64,000 bases of DNA from the human T2T-CHM13v2.0 reference genome, Homo sapiens. The notes under the pieces were generated by a model. The model searched no databases. It was not told where the DNA came from and saw only the letters and a list, made by a program, of their open reading frames with translations. Each line of letters starts with the position of its first letter. The first letter of the stretch is position 1. The stretch lies in NCBI RefSeq assembly GCF_009914755.1, contig NC_060930.1, one strand, 5' to 3'. A program made the translations under genes and the position numbers. Positions 22,805-36,140 of this stretch are shown piece after piece.

Positions 22805-25756
22805 TCTTAGCTAGATTAATAAAGAAAAAAGAGAAGATCCAAAAAACACAATCAGAAATGAAAAAGGGGACATTACCAGCAACCCCACAGAAATACAAAA
22901 AACCCTCAGGGACTACTATAAACACCTCTATGCACACAAGCTAGAAGACGTAGAAGAAATTAATACATTCCTGGAAACATACAACCTCCCAACATTGAAC
23001 CTGGAAGAAATCGAATCCTTGAACAGAACAATATGTTCCTAAATTGAATCAGTAGCAAAAGGCCTACCAACCAGAAAAAGCCCAGAACCAGATGGATTCA
23101 CAGACAAATTCTAAGAGATGTATTAATATAAAGAAGACTTGGTACCATTCCTACTGAAACTATTCCAAAATGTTGAGTAGGGACTTCTCCCTAACTCATA
23201 CTATGAGGCCAGCATCATCCTGATACCAAAAGCTGGCAAAGGCACAACAATAAAGGGAAACTTCAGGCCAACATCCTTGACAAACATAGATGCAAAAATC
23301 CTCAACAACATACTGGTAAACCAAATCCAGCAGCACATCAAAAAGCTAATCCACCATGATCAAGTAGGCTTCATACCTGGGATGTAATGTTGGTTCAATA
23401 TATGCAAATCAATAAATGTGATTTATCACATAAATAGAACTAAAAACAAAAACCGCATGATCCTCTCAGTAGACGCAGAATTTTGATAAAATTCAGCATC
23501 ACTTTATGTTAAAAACCCTCAACAAACTCAGCATTGAAGGAATACCTCAAAATAATAGGGACCATCTATGACAAACCCACAGTTAACATCATACTGAATG
23601 GGCAAAAGCTTGAAGCATTCCCCTGGAGAACCAGAACAAGATAAGGATGCCCTCTCTCACCACTTCTATTCAACATAGTACTGGAAGTCCTAGCCAAAAC
23701 AATCAGGCAAGAGAAAGAAATAAAAGTCATCCAAACAGGAATAAAGGAAGTCAAACTGTTTCTCTTCACAGATTATATGATTCTATGCCTAGAAAAACCC
23801 ATAGTCTCTGCCCCAAAGCACTTTGATCTGATAAACAACTTTAGCAAAGTTTCAGGACAAAAAATCAATGTGCAAAAATCAGTATCATTTCTATACACCA
23901 ACAATTTCCAAGCTGAGAGCCAAATCAAGGACATAATCCCATTGACAATAGCCACAAAAAGAATGAAATACCTATGAATACAGCTATCCTGGGAGGTGAA
24001 AGATCTCTACAAAAGAATTACAAAACACTGCTCAAAGAAATCAGAGATGACACAAATAAATGGAAAAACATTCCATGCTTATTAATAGGAAGAATCAATA
24101 TTGTTAAAATGGCCACACTACCCAAAACAACTTACAGATTCAATGTTATTCCCAACAAACTACCAATAACATTTTTCACAGAATTAGAAAAAACTATTTT
24201 AAAATCCACATAGAACCAAAAGCTTGAATAGCCAAGACAATCCTAAGCAAAAAGATTAAAGCTGGAGGCATCACATTACGCCCCAACTTTGAACTATACT
24301 ACAAGGCTACAGTAACCAAAACAGCATGGTGTTGGTACAAAAACAGACACATAGACAAATGGAAAATACAGAGTCCAGAAATAAGGCCACATACCTACAA
24401 CCAACAGATCTTTGACAAAGTCGACAAAAACAAGCAATGGGAAAAATCCATTTGGCTAGCCAATTACCCTAGCATCATTTATTGCACCATTTATTTATTC
24501 AATAAGTTATACCGGCTTAATTGGCTAGCCATATGCAGAAGACTGAAACTGAGCTGCCTCCCTTACACCCTATACAAAAAATCAACTCAAGATGGATTAA
24601 AGACTTAAATGCAAAACCTAAAACTACAAAAACCCTGAAGATAACCTTGGAAATATCATTCTCAATATAGGACCCAGCAAAGACCCAGCATTTTCATGAC
24701 AAAAATGCCAGAAGCAATTGCAACAAAAACAAAAGTTGACAAATGGGATCTCATTAAACTAAAGAGCTTCTGCCCAGCAAAAGAAACTATCAGCAGAATA
24801 AAGAGACAACCTACAGAATGTGAGAAAATATGTGCAAACCACGTACCTGACAAAGATTCAATATCCAGAATCTATAAGGAATTTAAACAAATTTACAAGC
24901 AAAAAACAAAGAGCCCCATAAAAAAGTGGGCAAAAGATATGAAAGTGATTACTTTTCAAAAGAAGACATACACATGACCAACAGGCATATGAAAAAACAC
25001 TCAACATTACTAATCATTAGAGCAATGCAAATCAAAACCACAGTGAGACACCATCTCACACTAGTCAGAATGGCTATTATTAAAAACTCAAAAAATAAAA
25101 GATGCTGGAGAGGTTGCAGAGAAAAGAGAATGCTTATGCACTGCTGGTGGGAATGTAAATTAGTTCAGCCATCGTGGAAATGGTTTGGGGATTTCTCAAA
25201 GAACTTAAAATAGAATTACCATTCAACTCAGCAATCCCATTATTCGGTATATGCCCCTAAAAATATAAATCACTCTACCACAAAGATGCATGCACACATA
25301 TGTTCACTGGAGCACTATTCACAATAGCAAAGACATGGAATCAATGCAAATGTCCATCAATGATAGGCTAGATAAAGAAAATGTCATGTATATACATCAT
25401 GGAATACTATGCAGCCATAAAAAGAACAAGTTGATGTCCTTTGTAGCAACATGGATGGAGATGGAGCCCATCATCCTAAACAAACTAATGGAAAAACAGA
25501 AAACCAAATACCTCATGCTCTCACTTTTAAGTGGGAACTAAACATTGAGTACATATGGACACAAAGAAGGGAATAACAGATACCTGGGTACTGTGCTTAT
25601 TACCTGGGTGATGAAATAATCTGTACACCAAATTCCTGTGGCATGCAATTTACCTATGTAACAAACCTGAACATGTATTTCTGAACCTAAATAAAAGTTA
25701 CTTTTTAAAAAAGAAATATGGTAATAAAATTAAATCCTTACAGTTTAAAAATACAT

Positions 25757-25859
25757 ATATAAAATGCTTCACGAATTTGCATGTCATCTTTGCAAAGGGG
25801 CAATGCTAATCCTCTCTGTATCATTCCAATTTTAGTATATGTGCTGCCAAAGTATGCAC
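25757..25859 (-). pseudogene. U6 snRNA pseudogene (full length)
   Basis: Reverse complement GTGCATACTTTGGCAGCACATATACTAAAATTGGAATGATACAGAGAGG...GAAGCATTTTATAT aligns to U6 with about 14 substitutions in 103 nt by eye; ACAGAGA box intact; upstream is LTR sequence, not a PSE/TATA promoter. Confidence 0.95.
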
Positions 25860-25860
25860 A

Positions 25861-26526
25861 GGACTATTAAGTTGAGGTTATTAGGTCATGGGGATCTTCC
25901 CTTATGAATGGATTAATGCTGGTATTGGGGAACTGGATTAGTTATTGCAGGAGTGTGTTCCTGACAAAAGGATGGTGATATGGTTTGGCTCTGTGTCCCC
26001 ACTCAAATCTCATGTTGAATTGTAATACCCAATGTTGTGGGAGAGACCTGGTGGGAGGTGGTTGGATCATGGCAGAGGATTTCCCCTTTGCTGTTCTCAT
26101 GTTGGTGAGTGAGTTCTCATGAAATACGATGGTTTAAAAGTGTGTGGCACTTCCCCTTTCACTCACTCTGTCTCCTGTTGCCATGCGAAGACGTGCTTGT
26201 TTCTTCTTCACCCTTCTGCTACGATTTTAAGTTTCCGGAGGGCTCCCCAGCCATGCCTCCTGTTCAGCCTGCAGAACCAGAGCCAATTACACCTCTTTTT
26301 TCCATAAATTACCCAGTCTCCAGTATGTCTTTATAGCAATGTGACAATGAACTAATACAGATGGATTTGGTTATCTCTTCCTCTGGATAGGATGGTTCCT
26401 CTCAATCCTTCCTCTTTCTGCCATGGGATGATTCAGAAAGAAGGCCATGATCAGATGTGCCCCCTTAGTCTTGGACTTTTCACCCCCAAAACTATCAGCC
26501 AAATAAATTTCTTACCTTTATAAATT
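25861..26526 (+). mobile_element. Older MaLR LTR fragment (MSTC/MSTD-like), truncated at both ends, host of an MSTA-like LTR
   Basis: TAGGTCATG...ATGAATGGATTAATGC and GCCATGGGATGA...TCTTGGACTT...AATAAATTTCTT. Confidence 0.75.
25976..26359 (+). mobile_element. MSTA-like MaLR solo LTR
   Basis: TGATATGGTTTGGCTCTGTGTCCCC...ACTAATACA; perfect 5-bp TSD GATGG. Confidence 0.92.
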
Positions 26527-26534
26527 TTAAAAAG

Positions 26535-27270
26535 ATTGTTAAAAGAAATTTTTTAAATAACTGAATAAATGGAAAAACACTCCTTGTTCATGGATTATAA
26601 GACTTAATATTGCTTAAATGGCAATATTCCCTAACTTGATCTACAGAGTAAATGCATTTCCTATCAAAATTCACTTAGTGTAGAGATTGACAACATGCAC
26701 TGGCATTAATATAAAAATATAAATCAATGGAATAGAATTTATGGTCTAGAAATAAACCTATACATTTATGGTCAACTAATTTTTGATAGGGGTAACAAGT
26801 TAATTCAATGGGGAAAGGATAGTCTTTCAACAGTTGGTTTAGGACAACTACATGTGAACATGCAAAAGAGTAAACTTAGACACCTACTTCACAACATATA
26901 TAAAATTAACTCAAAGTAGATCAAAGATCTAAATGTAAAAGCTAAAACTATAAAACTCTAGGACAAAAAATACAGGAGTAAATCTTTGTAACCTTGCATT
27001 AAGCAACAGTTTCTTAGATATGACACCTAAAGCAACCAAAGAAAGAAAAAGATAAATTGGACTTAATCAAAATTAAAAACTTTTGTGCTGCAAAATTTTA
27101 CCATCATGAGAGTAAAAGGACAACGCAGAGAATAAAAGAAAATATTTATAAGTCGTATATCTGATAAAGGTCTGGTATCCAAAATATGAAAAAACTCTAA
27201 CAAACCAACAATAAAAAGACAAATAACCTCATTTGAAAATGGGTTTCCCAAAGAAGTATACAAGTGACCA
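26535..27270 (+). mobile_element. Old L1 (L1M-type) ORF2 fragment, right half continuing 16230-17053
   Basis: ATTGTTAAAAGAAATT...AATAAATGGAAAAACACTCCTTGTTCATGGATT is the sequence expected right after ...ACTACAAAACATTG in L1 ORF2. Confidence 0.85.
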
Positions 27271-27319
27271 ATAACCATCGTTCTTGAGTCATTCCTATTC
27301 AATGAATGTTTAAGGTAAA

Positions 27320-27500
27320 TGTTTAATAACCAGCTCTTTAAAAGATTTCCTGATTTGTAGTGACTGCCAATTTCTGTGGTGTAAATACTCTCACATGGTT
27401 GATTTCAAGCTAGCAACATGGCATCACTGGATGTGGAGTTGGAAAGAGAGGCTTGCAAACAATTTTTGTGAGCCAGTGCAAGCTGGCTCCAGCACTTCAC
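27320..27500. mobile_element. MER63-like hAT DNA transposon fragment
   Basis: TTTGTAGTGACTGCCAATTTCTGTGGTGTAAATACTC...GCTGGCTCCAGCAC. Confidence 0.65.
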
Positions 27501-28935
27501 TTCTTATAATAATTTTAAATTTCATTTTGGTTATATAAACTCTTCCTGATGCCCATGTTTGTTGATTTTTAATTCAGGAGCATTCATGCTCTATTAGCTA
27601 ACTAATCTTACTTGTTTTTTGTGACTAGTCCTTACTTCATAGTAGCATTTTGCCACTGAAAGATAGTGAAGTTGGCTCTGCAAGTCCAGATTATGAACTG
27701 AGTGGGGAAGAGTGAGCAGTGTACTTTGTAAGCCTTTCATGTCACTTCAGGTCTTTCATGTCACTTCAGGTCCACCTGAAGTGATGACTTAATGCATGTT
27801 AATAAGCAGGAATCGCCACTGAACAAACTCATTTTGCATTCACTATTCACAGCAATAGAAATTCTCGTAATGTAAGTGGAATATAACATAAATTTATAAG
27901 TGGACTTTCAAAATTGTTGGTTATTAACTTTGACACAACTGCAAATTGGTATTCAAGTTAATGGCAAAGACCAAACCAAACAAAACAAAAAATAGCATAT
28001 ACAATCTTCAAGTGCACTTTCAGTTGTATCCAATTCAACTTTAACTTTACTCTGTCATTTTCTATTGTATCTTGATATGAAAGCATATTAGTTAGATTTC
28101 TCCCTTTCATGAGCTTTTTTCTTGCTTGTCAAAAGCATTTTAAAAAATTTTCAAACAGTATATCATATATTACCTTGCCATCCTATATTTTGATTATACT
28201 TCTGTTGAAAATATGGTAACTTTAGGGCTGTTCACAAATCTTCAGCCACTTCTCATTCCTGCCCATTTCTTTGCACTGCCTTGCACCCTTTGCAGGTAGG
28301 TATGGCCTTGGGATTTGCTTTGGCCAGTGAATTCTGAGCAGAAATACATATCGCTTAGTGCGAGGCTTTAAGAAACATCACAGAATGCCCTGTGTTTCCT
28401 TTCTCTCTATGGTGGTTTTCGAAGTTTCTATCAGTGGGATCCCAAAGTGTCTTTGATGCGCAGAGCTTTAGTGGCCCATTTGCATCAGAATTGAGGTATA
28501 AGTGAGAAGTAAATTTTCGTTGGCCTAGCCATTGAGATAGGGTGAAGAGTGAGGGGGAAGGTTATTCTTGCAGCACAATCTAGCCCCGTCTAACAAGTAC
28601 AATAATTAAATCTTGTTCAAATGTTTGATAAGATAATGCCCACAATAGATTTGTTTCATAGGTATGAATAAATTCATAGGTATGAAACTCACAGGAATGA
28701 TATGAGAACTATGCATATTCTTTTTCATTCTTAGCCCAAATATCTTGGCATTTATTTTACATTGTATTTATCCAGAGTATTCTCCCTGTTAGTATTACCT
28801 AACAACATACCAGTAAACTGAAAAAAAAAAATTCTGTTCTAGCCTCAGGGAGAGATTAGGGAGGGTACCTAATAACTTTAGAGAGAATTCCATGTGATAA
28901 ATGAAAGGGAGAGTATAGACAAGATTACAGCCAGT

Positions 28936-29107
28936 ATAGCTGGGATTACAGCCATGTACCACCACGCCCAGCTAATTTTTGTATTTTTAGTAGAGACGGG
29001 GTTTCGCCATGTTGGCCAGGATGTTCTCCAACTCCTGACCTCATGTGATCCGCCCACCTCGGCCTCCCAAAGTGCTGATTACAGGCCTGAGCCACCACAC
29101 CCAGCCA
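28936..29107 (-). mobile_element. Partial Alu (left arm plus start of right arm)
   Basis: TAGCTGGGATTACAG...CCCAGCC; no tail. Confidence 0.9.
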
Positions 29108-29290
29108 ACAAGACCCAATTATACAGACATCAGCTACTTACACAATAATCAGTTCAATCATGGTACTTTTAAATTATGAAAGAATTCTATCATAAACCCT
29201 TAGCCATTTAAGTTTTGTAGGGGGAAAATGCCATTCATTCAACAGTAAGTGCACTATTACAAAAAAAAAAAAAAAAGAAAGCAAAGTTGC

Positions 29291-29679
<389 letters not shown>

Positions 29680-29737
29680 TAAAACAAAACCAACCAGCAA
29701 AACGCTCAGGTCGCAACCGTTTATAAATCCAAAGTCA

Positions 29738-29751
29738 CCACCAGAGGGAGC
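29738..29751 (+). promoter_or_regulatory. Candidate CTCF site (forward)
   Basis: CCACCAGAGGGAGC; one deviation from the core CCASYAGRKGGCRS. Confidence 0.65.
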
Positions 29752-31395
29752 AACTCACCTGGTTTATCTCTGATTTCGCTCCTGTAATTTCCTAAGGCCT
29801 GATTACCTGGGAGGAGATCTGCGGGGACAGTAGTTTTTAGACACCTTATGCTCAGATCTCAATATTCAAAAATTTTATCCTTGGAATACCTTCCACACTA
29901 AAATAATTTGTGCCTAAAATAATTTCCTTTTTTTCTTTCTTAAATAGCAGCTGGAGTTTGCAAAGAGCTCTTCCCACAGAAACCCAAGGTTGCCTTCCTG
30001 CCTACCCGAATCTTGGTGGACATACAGGGTTTATGATCTAGGGAAGCCCCAAGGATGTGAGATTCCTCTGTAAATGGGTCATAGGACTTGTTCTGATTCC
30101 GTTAGAATTAGCAGGCTGGTATAACAGAAAACTGCAGTAAAAGTGGTTTAAGCAAAAGAGTAGTTTGTTACCTCTCACTTAAAAGTTCAGTGATAGGCTC
30201 CTCAGGGCTGGCATTGAAGCATCAGGGACTTTGGCTCCTTCTGTCTGTCCCACCGTCTCAGTTCATGACTTCCAAAATGACTGCTGGAGCTCCAGTCATC
30301 ACATTTGCTTTCCAGCAGCAAGAAAGTTTTCTCCTCACCACATCCTTAGCTTCAATGGGTCTTCACCTCCTCTCTGGGGGTGACAGGGCTTGTTATCCCT
30401 ACCTTAGTGGTTTGATGCTTTTGTTTAATAGAGGATAAGAGTCTATTTTTCCACTCTCTTTCTCCATGTTTTCACCACTGAGGGACCATCTCTCATTGCT
30501 CAATCCACCTTCAGTCTTTCTCATAAGCACCTGGTGGAGGTCCCCGGGAAAGAGATTAAAAGTGACTGTGATCATTCCTTTTGTGTCCTGGGATCCCAGA
30601 AGTACTATACGGTCATGCTGGCCTGCACCTGACCTTTAACAATTTGTTAAAGTCTTAGCTGAATTGTTCTTGACACTTGTTTGGTATTCCATAGCTCTTC
30701 CTCCTTTCTGTGAGACAGGTGAGCTGGTGCTCATATCCCAACTCTCTTTGGAGTGGCCTTGGATTCTAGATGATTTGGGTGCCTTGCAACTGCAGCTCTC
30801 TAATAGGGTCAGGAAAAGTTATGGCTTTGCAGTTTACCTGGCTTTGTCTTCTTGTGCGAATGGGAGCTGCACTCATTTGAGCTTCCTACATCTGGTACAT
30901 AAACTGAACTTCAGAGGCCGTATGTGATGATGTAGTGGCTGAGAATTTTCCGGAGGTTTGAAAAGTCATTAAACCACAAATACAGATCATCATAAACCAA
31001 GCAATATAAGCAAAAAACAAAAATCCTCATCGTGGCATATTGTAGAGAAATTGTAGAATACAAAGCAAAGAGGAAGCAGCCAATCATTTATGAAGAAATT
31101 TAAATAGCAGACTTGTCAACTGAAACAACACAAGCCAGAAGGTGGTGAAATCATATCACCAAAATGCTTAGGAAAAATCACTGTTAAACTAAAATTGTGT
31201 ACCTGACAAAACTCTGAATAGTGAGAGTTGTATTAGGGTTAGGTTCATCTATAAAGAACAGAAAAACTCCAAATAACAGGGCTTAAAACTGCTTCAAGTA
31301 AAAATCCAGAGGTGTGTTGTCTAAGAACGAATGGGGTCCATGCTCCATGAAGTTCTCAGGGCCTCAGGTTTCCTCCAGCTCAAGATGTGGTTCTT

Positions 31396-31913
31396 TTTTT
31401 TTTTTTTTCCAGCTTTTCCAGTTTTATTTAAACACAAAACATGAACTGTGTACTCATTGTCTTCGCTGCACAGCTTGGCATTGGGGTTGGTGACTCTGAT
31501 GGCCAGCTGAGCAGCTCTTTCCACAATGGCTTTGTGGTCCTTGGAGGAAACATTGTGAGCGATCTCAGCACAGTAAGATTTGCTGCGCATCAGCAGTACT
31601 TCCAGCTCCTTGACGTTGTGGACCAGGAAATTCCAGAAGCCACTTGGCAGCATGTGCTTTGTTTTTTTGTTGCCCCATAACCAACGTTGGGCATCAAGAT
31701 CTGGCCCTTGAACCTTCTACGAACCCTGTTGTCAGTACCTCCGGGTTTCCGCCAGTTAGGCTTAATTTGACGTATGGGTCAGACTGGTGCCATATGAACT
31801 TCTTGGTTCGCTTTTTGATGATCTTGGGCTTCACAAGGGGCCTGAGGGCAGCCGTGATGCCGAGGAAGAGATGGCTGCCACCTCCATAGGCAGCACCGAG
31901 GAAGAGAGAGGGG
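31396..31913 (-). pseudogene. Processed pseudogene of ribosomal protein RPL32 (eL32)
   Basis: Intronless copy from the 5'TOP (CCCCTCTCTCTTCC) to AATAAA and poly(A); perfect 15-bp TSD CAAGATGTGGTTCTT at 31381-31395 and 31914-31928; start ATG>ACG (31855-31853), two 1-nt deletions (~31765, ~31674), stop TAG>TAC (31452-31450). Confidence 0.97.
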
Positions 31914-34182
31914 CAAGATGTGGTTCTTCTACCACCAAGGCAATGTTCACAATTTAAATACGTCTTTTCTTTTAGGAAAAACAGTGGTCCTAGAAGATGA
32001 AAGTAATTTTTTTCTGGTAAAATAAAAATTTGGCCTATGTCAGCAATGTGACATGTTTCATGAAATGCTATTCATCTGAAGAATCCACGTGTCTGGAAGC
32101 CATGCCTCAAGTCTAGAATGACCAAGGCTTAAATTTACATCCAGTGGTGGTGGGAGTGGGACCAGGGCCTCTTCTCTCTTTTTCCTTTAGACTGTAGGAC
32201 ATCTGAAAGAATATCAAAGCAGTTGTCTACTAGTCTTCCCAGGCTTGGAGACACTGCTTCAGTCACCATCAGTTACTTCTATCATTCCAAAGTGTGCACT
32301 AAGAATTCCCCTCTATATGCTCCTAATTGTTTTGCTCCATATTTCACAGCTGCCCAAGCAAGTCATGCTCAGAGACCATTTGATTTCAGGAGCTTCTACT
32401 GCTCCCGGGACTGAGGACTGACTGCCCAGGGCTTTCCAGAGCCCCCACCACCAAGTCCATTCTGAGTTAAGGGTTAGGAATACTCTGAGCCATTGTTGTG
32501 ATTGGTCTTCTCAGAGAGATCTCTGGACTGTCACCAGGCACCCTGAGGACACAGGAGAGAGTGACCAGAGTATTGATCACTGGTCATAGGAAGACGGATT
32601 TCCTCTTATTGTCCTTGTTCATGGACCCCTGGGCTGAAAGAAAGGAACAGAGACAGAGCAGGAAAGAGGAAGATCAGGAAGCAGGAACAGAGTCAGAGGA
32701 AAATTGCAGGCTTGATGGGAAGGGGCAGGCTTGGGGGGCTCTAGAGTTATTGATTTTTCAGCTTGATCAACTTTTACTTGTTAGGATGGAGTGACAATTT
32801 TCAAGCTCCTTACTTGCCAGACTGGGAGCTGGAAATCCTATTGTTTTTTACATGCATTTAACTTTAATCAAGTTACCATAACACCTCACTGACTCCAAAA
32901 TAAGTTTCTATCTCAGCATGGCATTCTTTCTCCACGGACTGACCCACCCACCACTCAACCTTATCACTTCTTATGCTTTTCTAAGAAAATAGCATGGGAC
33001 CTACAAAAGAGTAAAAAACTGTCAAGATTTTGAAGAATGCTCTATCCATTCCAGCCTTGCAGCCTCAAACATGCAAAAGTCAGCCACACGTGTTTGTTCT
33101 GTTGTGTGATTTAACCCTACATGTAGAAATGGAAATGGAAGAGAATATGACATGAGAAAACCAAAGGACATAGCAGTATTATATGTTCCTAAATGAAGCT
33201 GAGTTTATGTGTGTGTGTGCAGGAATGTGCCTTCACGTATAGCTCACAGGTATGCATGTGCATTTGTGTACCTATGTGTGTGCGTGTATGTGGGTTAGCA
33301 TGCATGTGTATATGTGAGTGTGTCTGAGTATTCTTACCCCCAATGCTCCAAACATAACATTGATTAAAGTCCACAGTGAGTGAGCTGAGTTTGTGGGGTC
33401 CTCTGTAAAACAGAAGGAAAAATCCATTTTCAACGAGAGAGGGATGTTTGTGAGCTCCCCAAGAACACGCTGGTGGTCCTAGGGCAGCAGGATGGTAACC
33501 TCCAGGGTTCTTGACAACAACGGACCAGGGAAGCCAATAAAGGATCTGTCAGTGGTCTCCAGGGCCTGCAGGCAGTGCCTCTGGCAGGCCATGCTCTCTG
33601 GTCACTGGGAAGATGGACCCTTGAGAAGGTCACAGCCATCCTCTAGGCTCAGCTCCACCTTGGTGAGTGTCCCATAAGGTCAAGCCACCCTCACGGGATA
33701 GAATATGAGCTCTCCAAGCCAATTTCCAAGACCCTTGGGCTCTCCTTTTCTCAGGTACCTCCAGTCCCAGGAGTGGTGGGGGGAAGCAGCAGACCCCAGT
33801 ATTCTGGCCTGGGAGTCACATAGCCTCTAGAGAGCTCACCAGAGCAGAGTAGTTTAGCAAAAGTCAACTTCCCATTCCCTTCAGGATCAGTTTGCCTATT
33901 GAGAAATGTTTCTGGGAAACCTATTTACCAAGTGGAATGGTTTCATACAAAATACTACGGGTATAGCTCTTCTAAAGATTTTTTCAATCCCTTAGGTATC
34001 TTTTTCTATTGGATATAATTTTAAGGAGTGCCCACAAATACATTTTGAACTAGTTTTTACTTATTTTTCTACTTACACTAAGTACTTATCCAACTTTTAG
34101 TATAACATATGCAAGTTATCAGACTTCATTAACCCTTGTTGAGTGGTCTAGCCTTTTTTGGGGTTAAAAAAATTATTTTCTG

Positions 34183-34473
34183 GGCCAGGTACAGTGAGTC
34201 ATACCTGTATCCCAGCACTTTGGGAGGCCGAGGCAGGAGGATCACTTGAGCTCAGGAATTTGAGGCCAGCCTGGGCAACATAGGGAGACTCCATCTTTAC
34301 AAAAAAAAAAATTAAAAATTAGTCAAGCAAGGTGACACATGCCTGTAGTCCCAGCTACTCAGGAGGCTGAGGTGGGAGGATCAGCTGAACCCAGAAAGTC
34401 AAGGCTGCAGTGAACTGTGATTGTGCCACTGCACTCCAGCCTGGGCAACAAAGCAAGACCCTGTCTCAAAAAA
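34183..34473 (+). mobile_element. AluJ-like element
   Basis: Full dimer; flanking ATTATTTTCTG repeat. Confidence 0.95.
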
Positions 34474-35805
34474 TATATATTATTTTCTGTATGACATGGC
34501 TGTATTAAAAATAAATGAATAAAATGAGGAAAGAAATATATAGATTCATTTACACTTCTACCGTAGTTTTCATGACACCTAAATCACAGTGCCATTGCTG
34601 TGGAGTCCCTTGCTTGCATTTATAATCCAACTCGGCCTCTTATGAGCTGCCTGAGTTGAGTGATTTACAAAGCTTCTCTAAGTCTCCATTTCTCAGTTCT
34701 AAGTGTTTAGTGGCTCCCTCATTGGGTGTTTTGAAGATTAAATGAACTAACCCTTTCAAAGCACTTACAGCAGAGCCTGGTACACACTAAATAAATACTC
34801 AACTAATTCCAATTTAGGAAATACTTATTACCTACTGCTATACATCAAGCACTGTTCTAGGACTGGGGATATGGGAATACAAGGTAAACGAAGACCCTGT
34901 CCTCATAGAGCTTCCATTCTCATGGAAGGATGGAGACAAAAAAGTGAGCCATACGTCACATGGGGACAACTGCTACAGAGGGAAAGGGTGGTGGAGAGAG
35001 AGAAGGTGCACAGGGTTTGTGCTACAGCAACTCAGATAAGCTGGAACTGCATTTCTGAGGATCCACTTACCTCTATGGCTCTGTGTTGGGTTTGCAAGAG
35101 AAACTTTCATGAGATTTGGAAGGCAGAGGTGAAGTGGCAGGTGCGATGTTCTGAAGGTTAGTGTAGGTGCTAGGGTCTCTCAGGTGCATTGTTGCTCAAC
35201 TCACCTTGTTGACATGGGCAGCACCTGCCTGTAGCTCCTCCTACTCAGCCTCCCTGAGTCCTGCCCAGCACATGTGCAGCTTTGCAGCCAAGCAGCAGAA
35301 AAGACAGAAATGAAGGCAGAGAGGCAGAGCTACAAGGTGCTCACAAATACCTATTTTCTTCTCTTCCTAGACGCTCAGGTAGACCCATCTTAGCCCATGC
35401 AGTGAGGGCAGAAGTGATGGGCACTGTTCCAGACCTGGCCTATAAACACACCCATGTGCCATAGTTTCTCTTTTCTCATCCACTCCTGGAGGCAAAGAAC
35501 TCTGAAGACCTGGAGGTCAGCAGAGCCACAGGACAGAAAGCCTGGGCCCCTGAATGGTCCTGCGGAGTCACCATCCATTAGACGAGTAAGAAATCAACTT
35601 TTACTCTCTGAGATTTGGAACTATACTGTTAAAGGAGCTAAGATTATCTTAGTTAAGATAGGCAGAAATCAAATAAATAGAGAAATATATGTGTGAAAGA
35701 GAGAAGAGGGAGTGAAGAAGAAACAAAATAAAATACTGCCCTTGAAAAAAAAAAAAAGAACAAGATATACAAATCTGTAGAAAGACTAATCAAGAGACAA
35801 GTTTA

Positions 35806-36140
<335 letters not shown>

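Larger units (their letters stand above)
17185..25712 (+). mobile_element. Near full-length, inactive L1 (L1PA15/16-like) with nested insertions
   Basis: GC-rich 5'UTR from AAGACGGCTAACTAGATGCAGCC; ORF1 remnants (~18600-20160); ORF2 endonuclease start (HISILTLNVKGLN, ~21770) and RT/C-terminal remnants to ~25540; 3'UTR (G-rich tract appears deleted near 25580), AATAAA and A tail. Confidence 0.93.

Noticed and set aside
21748-25541. Several ORFs with L1 ORF2 similarity
   Set aside because: Fragments of a heavily disrupted L1; not an active element or a host gene.
25713-25859. Classical U6-L1 chimeric retrogene
   Set aside because: Those have U6 fused 5' of a same-strand L1 fragment; here U6 is antisense and downstream of the L1 tail.
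33430-33670. GC-rich stretch ending in a good donor (TTG|GTGAGT)
   Set aside because: No recognisable coding similarity in any frame and no clear acceptor.
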